Shown here in pieces: positions 28,792 through 38,856 of a stretch of 64,000 nt of DNA; the stretch's first letter is position 1, and every line of letters begins with the position of its first letter. The stretch covers positions 423-64,422 of the forward strand of contig UQVC01000008.1 of assembly GCA_900544395.1 (NCBI GenBank). Reading direction: 5' to 3'. The stretch is from an uncultured Ruminococcus sp. (GTDB taxonomy: Bacteria > Bacillota > Clostridia > Lachnospirales > Lachnospiraceae). The notes beneath the pieces were generated by a model. That model was given only the letters and a program-made list of their open reading frames with translations, did not search any database and was not told the DNA's origin. The position numbers and the translations under genes are program-made.

Positions 28792-30852
28792 TTACAACGT
28801 CATTTCTAACATAACATCTGACAGATAACGCTTCAGACGGTCTGCCAAAAGGCGATTTTGTTCTGTTTTTAATCCCGGATCTTTCTGCAGCAGTGTTCCT
28901 GCTGCTTCTGCCGCCTGTTTTAAAATAAGAGAATCCTGGAAGACATCTCCCACTTTAAAATCCATCAGACCGCTCTGCCGGATCCCAAAAAGATCTCCGG
29001 GACCCCGAAGCCTTAAATCTTCTCCTGCGATAAAGAATCCGTCATTGGACTTGTTGAGAATCTCAAGTCTTTCCTTTGTCTCTTTCGATTTGGATGGGCT
29101 CATAAAAATACAGTAGGACTGATGGCTGCCGCGTCCCACCCGGCCGCGAAGCTGATGCAGCTGAGCCAGACCAAAGCGCTCTGCATTTTCGATCATCATC
29201 ACAGTGGCATTGGGGACGTCGATCCCGACCTCGATCACAGTTGTGGACACCAGGATCTGGACCTCATTTTTTCCGAAAGCCTCCATGATCTCGTCTTTTT
29301 GCGCCTGTTTCATTTTTCCGTGAAGACAGCCGACTTTGATGGAATCTCCCATAACCTCCTGAAGCATCTGGGAATAATCGGTTACATTCTCTGCTTCCAG
29401 CGCTTCACTTTCTTCTACCATGGGGCAGATCACATAGCATTGCCTTCCGGAAAGTACCTGCTTTTTCATAAAGGCATATGCCGTATTCCGGTAGCCGGTA
29501 TCCACCACACAATTCTTGATCGGGAGCCGGTTCTTCGGCAATTCATCGATCACAGAAATATCCAGGTCTCCATAGAGGATGATGGCCAGTGTCCGTGGAA
29601 TCGGAGTGGCACTCATCACCAGAATATGAGGAAGGATCCCTTTTCCGGCCAGAGTTTCTCTTTGTTTGACTCCAAAACGATGCTGTTCGTCTGTGACCAC
29701 AAGTGCCAGGTTCTGATACTGTACTTTTTCCTGGATCAACGCATGGGTTCCGATCACAATATCCGCTTCTCCCGCCTCAATTCTGGCATAGGCCTCTCGC
29801 TTTGCCTTTGCTGTCATAGAACCGGTCAGAAGTTCCGTTGTCAGCGGGATCTGGTATTCTCTTAACATACGGGTAATATTCTCATAATGCTGTCTGGCAA
29901 GAACTTCTGTGGGAGCCATCATCGCGCTCTGATATCCATTTAAGCCGGTATACATCAAAGCAAGAAGTGCCACAATCGTTTTTCCAGATCCCACATCACC
30001 TTGTACCAGCCTTGACATCACCGATTCTCCGGAAATGTCCTTTAAAATTTCCTGCCACACTTTTTTCTGTGCGCCCGTAAGTTCATAAGGCAGAGCAGAA
30101 AGAAACTCTTCTACTTTTGGCTGTTCACAGAATGTATAGTGATTTCGGGCGCGGTCTTCCCGTTCTTTCATCATACGAAGGGAAAGCACAAAAATCAGAA
30201 ACTCTTCAAACACAAACCGCTTTCGCGCTTCGTAGAACTCCTCTTTCGTCTGGGGAAAGTGAATCCCTTCCAGCGCATGCCTCAGTTCCTGAAGCCCGTA
30301 TGTACGCATCAGTTCTTCGGGAAGAAACTCGCGCATCCCTTCCACTTGCTGCAGCGCCTGTGCCACTGCCTTTTTCACCGCATTGTTTGTCAGCCCTGCC
30401 GTCAGTGCATAGACCGGCTGCATGGTATTTCTCTTTTCCTCATAAGATGCACTGGGATAGAAAATCTCCGGATGCTCCATCACAAGTCCGTCCTTTTTGC
30501 GCACAATCCGCCCCCGCAGCGTGATCACACCACCTCTGCCAAGCGTATTGCGCAGAAACGGCATCCGAAACCAGATCACCTTCAATGTCCCGGTCATGTC
30601 CTTTACATACAGCGTGGTAATCTGCAGCTTGGGATTCGGACTGACCTGGATCCTTCCAAAAATCGCACCTGTCACAGTCGCGATCTTCCCCTCCTGGATT
30701 TCCCCGATGGAAACAGGATCTTCATAAATATCATATGTCCTTGGATAATATGCAAGCAGGTCTCCAATGGTATGGACACCTGCTTTAAAAAATAACTGTT
30801 CTGTTTTCTCACCTACGCCTTTTAAGACGCTGATTTTTTCAGATTCTCTCAT
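28792..30852 (-). CDS. recG: ATP-dependent DNA helicase RecG
   Basis: Wedge domain plus helicase motifs (GDVGSGKT, DEQHRFG). Confidence 0.9.
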   Translation of the reverse strand: MRESEKISVLKGVGEKTEQLFFKAGVHTIGDLLAYYPRTYDIYEDPVSIGEIQEGKIATVTGAIFGRIQVSPNPKLQITTLYVKDMTGTLKVIWFRMPFLRNTLGRGGVITLRGRIVRKKDGLVMEHPEIFYPSASYEEKRNTMQPVYALTAGLTNNAVKKAVAQALQQVEGMREFLPEELMRTYGLQELRHALEGIHFPQTKEEFYEARKRFVFEEFLIFVLSLRMMKEREDRARNHYTFCEQPKVEEFLSALPYELTGAQKKVWQEILKDISGESVMSRLVQGDVGSGKTIVALLALMYTGLNGYQSAMMAPTEVLARQHYENITRMLREYQIPLTTELLTGSMTAKAKREAYARIEAGEADIVIGTHALIQEKVQYQNLALVVTDEQHRFGVKQRETLAGKGILPHILVMSATPIPRTLAIILYGDLDISVIDELPKNRLPIKNCVVDTGYRNTAYAFMKKQVLSGRQCYVICPMVEESEALEAENVTDYSQMLQEVMGDSIKVGCLHGKMKQAQKDEIMEAFGKNEVQILVSTTVIEVGIDVPNATVMMIENAERFGLAQLHQLRGRVGRGSHQSYCIFMSPSKSKETKERLEILNKSNDGFFIAGEDLRLRGPGDLFGIRQSGLMDFKVGDVFQDSLILKQAAEAAGTLLQKDPGLKTEQNRLLADRLKRYLSDVMLEMTL

Positions 30853-30867
30853 AAATGAAACAACTTC

Positions 30868-32520
30868 CTATTCTACCGATAACACGTAATAGTAAATCGG
30901 CTGTCCGCCGCAGTGGAAATCCACATCCACATCCGGATAAATCTCTTCGATCTCACCTGCGAAACGCTCTGCATCCTCTTCCAGAACATCCTGACCATAA
31001 TATAAACTAATCAGTTCCGTATCATCGTCTACAAGCTGAGAAAGCATTTCTTTTGTCGTCTGTTCTACAGACTGGCCAACAGAAAGGATTCCTGCATCCC
31101 CGATCCCCATGATATCTCCTTCATGAATCTCCTTGTCATCAATGTGTGTATCACGTACTGCATAGGTGACCTGACCGGTCTTTACATTCTTGATCTCTTC
31201 TAGCATCGTCTCAATGTTCGCATCCACATCTTCTTCCGGCATGTAATTGATGATTGCCGTGATCCCCTGTGGAACTGTCTTGGTCGGAATGACGATGATG
31301 TCTTTATCTTTTGTCAGATCTCGCGCCTGATTTGCAGCCAAAACGATATTTTTATTGTTCGGCAAAATGAAAATATGATCCGCATGTACTGCATCGATCG
31401 CTGTCAACATATCCTCTGTACTTGGATTCATGGTCTGCCCGCCTTCGATCAGATAATCCACACCAAGTTCTTTAAAGATTTCATTCATACCTTCGCCAAT
31501 AGAAACTGCAATGAAACCAACCGGCTTACGCGGTGCTTTTTTCGCCTGCTCAGCGGCAACCTTTTCCGCATCCCGGATCAGTTTTTCCTGATGCTCTTCC
31601 CGCATATTGTCTACTTTCATTCGGGAAAGCTGTCCATACGTGAGTCCTTTTTCAAATGCCAGTCCCGGATGATTCGTGTGCACGTGAATCTTGACGATCT
31701 CTTCATCTGCCACACAGACAATGGAATCTCCAATGGATTCCAGATAAGACTTAAACTCCATCTCATCTGCTTCTGTAAATGCTTTATCTGTCATAATGAT
31801 AAACTCGGTACAGTATCCAAATTTGATATCCGCTTCCGCCTGTGCTCCGGCTTTTACGATCTTAGTACCGGAACTTGCCTCGATCGCACTGTAGTCGATT
31901 TCTTTTCCAAGGAATGCATCGTAAGCTCCATGCAGCACCTCCAGAAGTCCCTGTCCGCCGGAATCCACAACTCCTGCTTCTTTCAGTACCGGAAGCATCT
32001 CCGGAGTCTGATCCAGAACTTCTTTGGCATATTCCAGAACCGCCGGAAGAAATTCTTCCAGATCGTCTGTTACCTCTGCCATCTCAGCAGCTTTCTGTGC
32101 GATTCCTTTTGCCACTGTCAGGATCGTACCTTCTTTTGGCTTCATGACCGCTTTGTATGCGGTCGCTCTTGCACGCTCACATGCCTGCGCAAGGACAATG
32201 GCATCCACTTCTTTTTCTTCCCGGATGGCTTTGGTAAAACCTCTTAAAAGCTGGGAGAGGATCACGCCTGAGTTTCCTCTGGCACCTCTTAAAGAACCGG
32301 AAGAAATGGCTTTTGCCAGAGTTTCCATGTCTGGTCTTTCCATTGCGCTGACTTCTTTTGCAGCTGACATGATCGTCAAAGTCATATTGGTTCCTGTATC
32401 CCCATCTGGTACCGGGAATACATTCAGTTCGTTAATGAATTCTTTTTTTGCCTCAAGATTTGCTGCTCCTGCCAGAAACATTTTTGCGAGCAGCTCTGCG
32501 TTGATCGTTTTTGTTGCCAC
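30868..32520 (-). CDS. DAK2 domain fusion protein YloV
   Basis: DAK2 domain plus the C-terminal YloV domain. Confidence 0.8.
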   Translation of the reverse strand: MATKTINAELLAKMFLAGAANLEAKKEFINELNVFPVPDGDTGTNMTLTIMSAAKEVSAMERPDMETLAKAISSGSLRGARGNSGVILSQLLRGFTKAIREEKEVDAIVLAQACERARATAYKAVMKPKEGTILTVAKGIAQKAAEMAEVTDDLEEFLPAVLEYAKEVLDQTPEMLPVLKEAGVVDSGGQGLLEVLHGAYDAFLGKEIDYSAIEASSGTKIVKAGAQAEADIKFGYCTEFIIMTDKAFTEADEMEFKSYLESIGDSIVCVADEEIVKIHVHTNHPGLAFEKGLTYGQLSRMKVDNMREEHQEKLIRDAEKVAAEQAKKAPRKPVGFIAVSIGEGMNEIFKELGVDYLIEGGQTMNPSTEDMLTAIDAVHADHIFILPNNKNIVLAANQARDLTKDKDIIVIPTKTVPQGITAIINYMPEEDVDANIETMLEEIKNVKTGQVTYAVRDTHIDDKEIHEGDIMGIGDAGILSVGQSVEQTTKEMLSQLVDDDTELISLYYGQDVLEEDAERFAGEIEEIYPDVDVDFHCGGQPIYYYVLSVE

Positions 32521-32534
32521 AGCAAATATCCTCC

Positions 32535-32897
32535 TTAATCTATCACTCTGACACCTTCGACGAAGATGTTGATCTTATCTACGGTCATCCCGGTGAATTC
32601 TTCTACTTTGTATTTGACATTATTCATCAGATTGTCAGAAACAGAAAGAATATTTACTCCATATGCAACGATCACATGGAAATCCAGAACCAGGATATTA
32701 TCATCTGAAATATCCACATGAATCCCATGGGTCAGACTTTCTCTTTTCAGCAGCCGAACAAGCCCGTCTTTCATGTTCACGGCGGCCATACCTACAATTC
32801 CAAAACATTCTACAGCAACAGAGCCTGCATATTTAGCAATAACTTCCGGGCTAATTGTGATAATCCCAAGCTCTGTACTCATACTACCTTTCATCAT
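32535..32897 (-). CDS. Asp23/Gls24 family envelope stress protein
   Basis: Asp23 family sequence. Conserved asp23-yloV-recG synteny opposite rpmB. Confidence 0.8.
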   Translation of the reverse strand: MMKGSMSTELGIITISPEVIAKYAGSVAVECFGIVGMAAVNMKDGLVRLLKRESLTHGIHVDISDDNILVLDFHVIVAYGVNILSVSDNLMNNVKYKVEEFTGMTVDKINIFVEGVRVID

Positions 32898-32966
32898 ATA
32901 TTACCTCCAATTCTCAATGGATTTTCGCACAATTAACATTCGTATTATACTCTCATTATCCAGATT

Positions 32967-33578
32967 TTACAATATGGATTCATAAAGTGCTGCCAAAACA
33001 TTCAAAATCTCATCCTCCGACATGGCAGAACTGTCCATGCACAGATCATATTGTCCCATATCTTCCCACTTCTTATCTGTATAATAATTGTAATAAAATT
33101 TGCGCTGCTTATCTACTTTTTTGATCAGGGAAAGGGCTGCCTTTTCTTCCAGAGACGTGCGTTCCATCACGGTCTGGAGTCTGTGCTCCAGCGGTGCATG
33201 GATAAAGACACTTCTGGTGGATGGACGGGCTTTTAAAATATCATTGGCACATCTGCCCACGATGATACAGTCTTCCGTATCTGCCAGCTTTGCGATGATC
33301 TGCGCCTGTGTATAAAACAGTACGTCATTCATCGGCTCAAATCGGAAACGGCTTTCCATCTGGGTCGGATCTTCCACCGGATAGCGCCATGGATTGGCTC
33401 TCTTTTCATCCACTTTTATCAGTTCGTCATAGGAGATGTCATTCTGCTCGCTGGCCAGCTTGATCAGCTCTTTATCATAATAATGGATCCCCAGCTTTTC
33501 AGATAATTTCTTTGCAATTCTGCGGCCATTGCTGCCGTACTGTCTTCCTATTGTGATGATACGTCTGCTCATAATCAT
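32967..33578 (-). CDS. Cytidylate kinase-like family protein
   Basis: P-loop GRQYGSNGR and CMK-like fold. Confidence 0.65.
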   Translation of the reverse strand: MIMSRRIITIGRQYGSNGRRIAKKLSEKLGIHYYDKELIKLASEQNDISYDELIKVDEKRANPWRYPVEDPTQMESRFRFEPMNDVLFYTQAQIIAKLADTEDCIIVGRCANDILKARPSTRSVFIHAPLEHRLQTVMERTSLEEKAALSLIKKVDKQRKFYYNYYTDKKWEDMGQYDLCMDSSAMSEDEILNVLAALYESIL

Positions 33579-33755
33579 TCCCCGCTTTCTGCCTGTACGT
33601 TCAGGCGTATGAAGTGATTTTTATGTTACCCTAATTTTACCATGAAATGAAATTGATGTGAACCGAAAACCAACGGGAATTCCGAAAAAAATCTACAATG
33701 CCTGGATTTTAGACAGCTCGCAAAAAAGGACCAAAAAAAGATTTTCAAAAAAAGC

Positions 33756-33784
33756 TTGCATTCAGATATTGTTTCTGCTAAAAT
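33756..33784 (+). promoter_or_regulatory. Sigma-A promoter TTGCAT-N17-TAAAAT upstream of rpmB
   Basis: Consensus-like hexamers with 17-nt spacing, about 50 nt upstream of the start codon. Confidence 0.5.
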
Positions 33785-33834
33785 AACAGTGTTGTGAGTC
33801 TGAATAAGACTATTTCAAATTGTTAGGAGGTGCA

Positions 33835-34023
33835 ATGATGGCTAAATGTGCTATTTGTGAAAAGAGTGCTCATTTCGGAAACAACGTAAGTCACTCTCAT
33901 AGAAAAACACCAAAAATGTGGAAATCAAATGTGAAATCCGTTAGAGTGAAAACAGAAGGCGGAGCTAAGAAAATGTACGTTTGTACTTCTTGTTTAAAAT
34001 CAGGATGCGTTGAGCGTGCATAA
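33835..34023 (+). CDS. rpmB: 50S ribosomal protein L28
   Basis: MAKCAICEKS... zinc-ribbon L28. AGGAGG RBS. Confidence 0.9.
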   Translation: MMAKCAICEKSAHFGNNVSHSHRKTPKMWKSNVKSVRVKTEGGAKKMYVCTSCLKSGCVERA

Positions 34024-34339
34024 TCTGTTATATGACGACACGGAATAAAAAGACTTGATGTTTACTTTGTAAATATTAGGTCTTTTTTTCATATCCGCAT
34101 TTAAAAAAGCAGATGCCCTCTTTTGGACATCTGCTCTCCTACTTGCAAAACAGACAATATCCTGTCAGAAACAATGCGATAATGATGGTAATTCCCCACG
34201 GAATACTGGACAGCAGAAGCATGATCAACATTCCTACTGCGATCCAGATCAGCGTAAATCCGATCAGCCGTTTCAAAGACACATCACATCCGCCAAGTTC
34301 TTTTACTGCATCTATATGCTGTTGTTTTCAAAATAGCAC

Positions 34340-34744
34340 TTATTTTTCTTCTGCTTTTTCTGCCTCATCCAGAATCTCGGACACATCTGCTTCTGTCACC
34401 TTATCTTCTTTTTTTTCTGTGAACCGATCCACCAGATCCGGAACCATATCCAGAATTTTGGTCATCGTATCCTGATTTCTCACATTGACCAGCTTGGTAG
34501 TGCCATTCTTGATCACAAGCACTGCGCTCGGAGTAATCTTTCCTCCGATTCCACCCATTCCTTTTTCCCGCTTTTCTGCGCGGAAAGAACCTGCCCCGAT
34601 TCCAAATGAAACATCCACAAGCGGAAGCAGAATGGTATCCCCGACATGGATCGCATCGCCAACTACTGTCTTTGATGAGATCACCCCATCCATTCCCTGA
34701 AATAATGCTTCTACCGTTGATTTAAAATTATTATTCTCTGCCAT
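34340..34744 (-). CDS. GerW/YtfJ family sporulation protein
   Basis: YtfJ_HI0045 family sequence. Confidence 0.7.
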   Translation of the reverse strand: MAENNNFKSTVEALFQGMDGVISSKTVVGDAIHVGDTILLPLVDVSFGIGAGSFRAEKREKGMGGIGGKITPSAVLVIKNGTTKLVNVRNQDTMTKILDMVPDLVDRFTEKKEDKVTEADVSEILDEAEKAEEK

Positions 34745-34779
34745 TTTCCGTTTCCTCCTTTGGCTTTCCTGGTAATCTG

Positions 34780-35652
34780 CTAAAATCGAAATTTTCTGAT
34801 ATGAGAAATCGTCGTGCGGACGTTCTTATTCCAGAAAAGATTCCACACCACGATCACAAAATAACAGGCGCGTATTTCCCCTGTGATCCGAGCACTTCCA
34901 ACCAGCAGCTGCTCCTCAAAATTCGGAGCAATCTCTACGTGCTCTCCCACAAAAGGATAGACCATACTGACCCCTGCCAGAACATATCCTGTCACAGAAG
35001 GATCCGAAAACCCAAATTCCAGATCCGCTTCACAATGAGACGGTTTTAAAAACCGAAACAGACGCCTCAACTCTGCCAGCCCTTTCATAAATGCAGACTG
35101 ATGGATCTCATCGGTCAGAAATTCTGTCACGCGCTCTTTTTTCTTTGCCAGTGATCTGAGCATATCACAAATTTTCCGAAAAGTACATTGTATCCGCTCA
35201 ATCTTTTCAGAAATCCCTTCTTCCAGACCCGGCTGCTCCTGCTTTTGAAATTGTGTTTGCCCGGTACCTTCTGGAGAAGATTCTGTCTTTGGAATGTTCG
35301 TTTCTTTTGGCTGCTGCTTTTCCGATTTCTTTTGAGTATCTTTTGGCGCATCCGCTTTTAAAACAACCGGTCCAGCTTCTTCTGTCTGCTCGCAGGAGAA
35401 CTTCTTCCATGCCAGGCGAATTTTCCAATTCATAACGCCTTCCCCATAGAAAATCTCTCCTTTTACAAGAGAATACAGCCAGGAAACTTTCAAAGAACCG
35501 GAAATCCGATTCCATTCTCCGCTGCCATGAAGTTCCCCCTCATATGTTATCGGCACAAGAAGGAAGATCGCTGCCAATAAGAGCAGTATTCCCAGGATTA
35601 CCAGTAATATCCAGCCAATGATCTTTAAGATCAACAGAAGTATATGTATCAT
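34780..35652 (-). CDS. DUF2953-like sporulation membrane protein (YtfI-like)
   Basis: N-terminal TM. Gene pair with ytfJ. Confidence 0.5.
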   Translation of the reverse strand: MIHILLLILKIIGWILLVILGILLLLAAIFLLVPITYEGELHGSGEWNRISGSLKVSWLYSLVKGEIFYGEGVMNWKIRLAWKKFSCEQTEEAGPVVLKADAPKDTQKKSEKQQPKETNIPKTESSPEGTGQTQFQKQEQPGLEEGISEKIERIQCTFRKICDMLRSLAKKKERVTEFLTDEIHQSAFMKGLAELRRLFRFLKPSHCEADLEFGFSDPSVTGYVLAGVSMVYPFVGEHVEIAPNFEEQLLVGSARITGEIRACYFVIVVWNLFWNKNVRTTISHIRKFRF

Positions 35653-35657
35653 AACAT

Positions 35658-36002
35658 CTACACACTGCCTTCCTCAGATTGTCTCTGATTATTTACAATA
35701 AATTCTCTCACCCTGACATCTTGCGTTTTTCGATAGACATCCGACACGATCTCTTCGACCAGATCTACTGCGCCCGCATATCCATCTGCAATCCCTACCA
35801 CAAACAAAGGGGTCGCTTCAAACACATGCTGCTTTAACAGGATGGTCGAGAAAAACTCCAATGGATTTTGTTTGCCCTGCGCCAGTACGATCAGATACAG
35901 ATCCGGTCCAAACTTCCCTTTTTCCAACCGGCTCCTCAACTTCTTTTCCCGGCTTTTCAGAGAAGGGCTTACATACAATTCTCTGTAAAATTCCATGTTC
36001 AT
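35658..36002 (-). CDS. Hypothetical protein
   Basis: ORF only. Start uncertain. Confidence 0.3.
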   Translation of the reverse strand: MNMEFYRELYVSPSLKSREKKLRSRLEKGKFGPDLYLIVLAQGKQNPLEFFSTILLKQHVFEATPLFVVGIADGYAGAVDLVEEIVSDVYRKTQDVRVREFIVNNQRQSEEGSV

Positions 36003-36030
36003 GCAGTCCTTTTCATCCCCTTTATCTTTC

Positions 36031-37419
36031 TTATTGATAATAATAAGAATCCAACACCTGTTTTGCGATCGGAACCGCCTTGGCGCCGGCATTTCCGTCA
36101 TATCCTTCAATGATCACACTGATCACCAGTTCCGGAGCATCCACGTTGGTAAAACCGACAAACCAGGAATGAGTCTTCTCTCCGTCTGTCATGCTGTATT
36201 CTGCAGTTCCTGTTTTTCCGGCAGCGGTATAGGACTGACCGGAAAGCATGGTGGCTGTTCCTTCTTCCACCACTGCGCGCATATAATCTTTCAGCTGTGA
36301 AGCCTCTTGTGAACTCATCAGCTTTTTATAACTTTTTGGTACATTTTTTCGGATCTCAGTGCCTTTATAGTTGGTTACTTTCTCTACCAGATATGGTTCC
36401 ATCAATGTTCCGCCGTTTGCGATTGCCTGAGTGATCAGCGCCATATGATAAGGGCTGACCAGGGTATTTCCCTGTCCCATGGCAGTCATCATCATCTCTC
36501 CGTCACTGGTCGTCTCGTCTACCACAAAAGAACTTTTGGAATAATCCAGTACAGACGGAAGTTTTTTATTGAATAAAAGCTCTTCTGCCGTTGCCCGGTA
36601 TGCGGTGTGATCCAGCATCAGTCCGATATTGGCAAAGGAGGAGTTACAGGAATTGGCAAAGGAACTGCGCAAATCCTCCAGACCATGTACCGTACTGTCA
36701 AAACACCGGATGGTCAGGTCTGCATAATTGATGGCACCCTCACAGTTATAACTGTAGTTTGGATAATCCGGATGTTCTCTGATATATTCCAGAGCTGTCA
36801 CGATTTTGAAGGTAGAACCAGGGGCATAAGCACCCTGTGTGACACGATTTAAAAGGGGACTGTATGTGCTGTCTGTATTTAAGGCTTCCCAATTCTGAGC
36901 AATCGTATTCGGATCATAAGAAGGCCCGGAAACCATGGCGAGGATTTTCCCGGTGGAAGCCTCCATCACCATGATCGCTCCTTTGTTTTCTCCAAGGGCA
37001 TTGTATGCTGCCTGCTGCAGTCCCGCGTCCAATGTCGTCACTACCGTATCTCCATGATTTTTTTCGTCTTTAAATTCATTGAGAAATTTTTCCACAAAAA
37101 ATGCATTGGAGGTCAGCAGTTCTGAATTTTCTATCGATTCCAGCCCGCTTTTTCCGGCGTTCTTATCGCTGTATCCGACCACATGGGCAAATGCGGCTCC
37201 ATACGGATACACTCTGGTCTCTGTACCATCTTCTCCAACCTGTGTCTCGGCAAGCACTTCTCCGTTTCGGTCCGTAATACTTCCCCGGATGATACGGTCT
37301 GCAAAGGCATCCTGTCTGACATTATACGGACTGTTGACGATGGTCTTCGCCCGAAACACATTAAAATACACAATATACGAGATCAAAGCAAGGAACAGCG
37401 CCACAAACAAATAGGTCAT
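36031..37419 (-). CDS. Penicillin-binding protein 2 / transpeptidase (SpoVD/FtsI-like)
   Basis: PBP dimerisation and transpeptidase domains (SxxK, SxN, KTG). Start at the ATG one nt after the ftsW/rodA stop; the ORF extends to 37506. Confidence 0.8.
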   Translation of the reverse strand: MTYLFVALFLALISYIVYFNVFRAKTIVNSPYNVRQDAFADRIIRGSITDRNGEVLAETQVGEDGTETRVYPYGAAFAHVVGYSDKNAGKSGLESIENSELLTSNAFFVEKFLNEFKDEKNHGDTVVTTLDAGLQQAAYNALGENKGAIMVMEASTGKILAMVSGPSYDPNTIAQNWEALNTDSTYSPLLNRVTQGAYAPGSTFKIVTALEYIREHPDYPNYSYNCEGAINYADLTIRCFDSTVHGLEDLRSSFANSCNSSFANIGLMLDHTAYRATAEELLFNKKLPSVLDYSKSSFVVDETTSDGEMMMTAMGQGNTLVSPYHMALITQAIANGGTLMEPYLVEKVTNYKGTEIRKNVPKSYKKLMSSQEASQLKDYMRAVVEEGTATMLSGQSYTAAGKTGTAEYSMTDGEKTHSWFVGFTNVDAPELVISVIIEGYDGNAGAKAVPIAKQVLDSYYYQ

Positions 37420-37420
37420 T

Positions 37421-38842
37421 TTAGCGAACTCTTTGTTTCGGAACTTCTTCGAAGCCTGGTTCTTTTGCTGTCGTTTTTTTCTTTGTGGTTCTTCTCTTCG
37501 TCCCATTTCTTACCTCCCGTTCTCTCTTTTTTTCCAGATGCTCTTCCTCATCCTCCCTCAGAATATACAATCCCTGGATAATTCCAAACATGATCATGGT
37601 ACTCAAGATGGAACTGCCTCCGTAACTGACAAGAGGAAGTGTCACACCCGTAGACGGAATAAACTTTGTCACTCCGCCAATATTTAAAAACACCTGAAAA
37701 ATATAGCAGGTTCCAAGCCCAAGCGCTACCAGCTTGTAAAACTGATTGTGAAGCGCCAGAGCGATATTTAAAAACATCACGTAACAGCTGACGCAGATCA
37801 AGATCAGACACAGTGAAAAGATCAGTCCCATCTCTTCTGAAATCGCAGAAAAGATAAAATCCGTCTCCGCTACCGGGATCTCATCCGGCAGTCCCTGAAA
37901 CAATCCCATCCCGAACCAGCTGCCGGTTCCGATGGCAAACAAAGACTGAGCCACCTGATATCCCCCGTCATTGTATGTTGCAAAAGGATCTTTCCATGCT
38001 TCTACACGAACCTGAATGTGTCCGAATAAATGATAGGCAAGCACTGCAGCCGCAGAGCCTCCTCCAAGACCGGCCGCCACATACAAAGGCTGTCTGGTTG
38101 CCGTATACAGCATGACCAGATATACAACAAACAGGATCAAAGCGCTTCCAAGATCCGTAGAAAATACAAGGATCAGAACATGAGCCGCCGCCAATGCCGT
38201 CGTGATCACGATATTCTTAAACGCCAGGGAACGGTTCAGATTCGCCGCCACAAAAAATACAAATAAAATTTTCACAAATTCTGACGGCTGGATCCCGAAT
38301 CCTGCAATGGTAAATCCCAGTTTTGCCCCGCCCGAAACTTCTGCCAGGACTGCCACCAGGATCAGCGCGACGATCCCAATCCCTGCATAGAGATACGCCC
38401 AGTCCTTCAGACAGCTCAGCTTACGGATGATCACCGGTACGAATAAACTGATCACAACTCCTGCACCTGCAAAAATCAGCTGTTTCACGGCATTTGGCTG
38501 GTTCAGTCGGGTGAGCATGATCATACCGATGCATAACAGCATACACATATTATTGACGATCAGACGGGAAACTTTCGGATATAGCAGCCGGTATAAAATG
38601 ATCACCGCCAGAAGAAACCCTGCACTGACTGCATACAGTGTCAGGATCTTTGGATCTCCTTTTTTGAAATACATGACCACATAGGCAGTCAGCTGAATCA
38701 AAAACATCAGCACATTCTGCCGGATCAAAATCCATTTCTGTTCGCTTTCATAATGTGCGAACACCGAGAAACACGAAAACGTGTAAATTCCCATCAGAAG
38801 GATCATAAGATATTTGGATAGTTCTACAATGATATTTGCCAC
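37421..38842 (-). CDS. FtsW/RodA/SpoVE family peptidoglycan glycosyltransferase
   Basis: 10-TM SEDS family protein. Confidence 0.8.
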   Translation of the reverse strand: MANIIVELSKYLMILLMGIYTFSCFSVFAHYESEQKWILIRQNVLMFLIQLTAYVVMYFKKGDPKILTLYAVSAGFLLAVIILYRLLYPKVSRLIVNNMCMLLCIGMIMLTRLNQPNAVKQLIFAGAGVVISLFVPVIIRKLSCLKDWAYLYAGIGIVALILVAVLAEVSGGAKLGFTIAGFGIQPSEFVKILFVFFVAANLNRSLAFKNIVITTALAAAHVLILVFSTDLGSALILFVVYLVMLYTATRQPLYVAAGLGGGSAAAVLAYHLFGHIQVRVEAWKDPFATYNDGGYQVAQSLFAIGTGSWFGMGLFQGLPDEIPVAETDFIFSAISEEMGLIFSLCLILICVSCYVMFLNIALALHNQFYKLVALGLGTCYIFQVFLNIGGVTKFIPSTGVTLPLVSYGGSSILSTMIMFGIIQGLYILREDEEEHLEKKREREVRNGTKRRTTKKKTTAKEPGFEEVPKQRVR

Positions 38843-38856
38843 AATTTCACCTTCTT

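Noticed and set aside
34024-34100. Possible rpmB terminator (AAAAGAC...GTCTTTTTTT)
   Set aside because: The stem would be only 6-7 bp with a ~27-nt loop. Too weak to call without folding.
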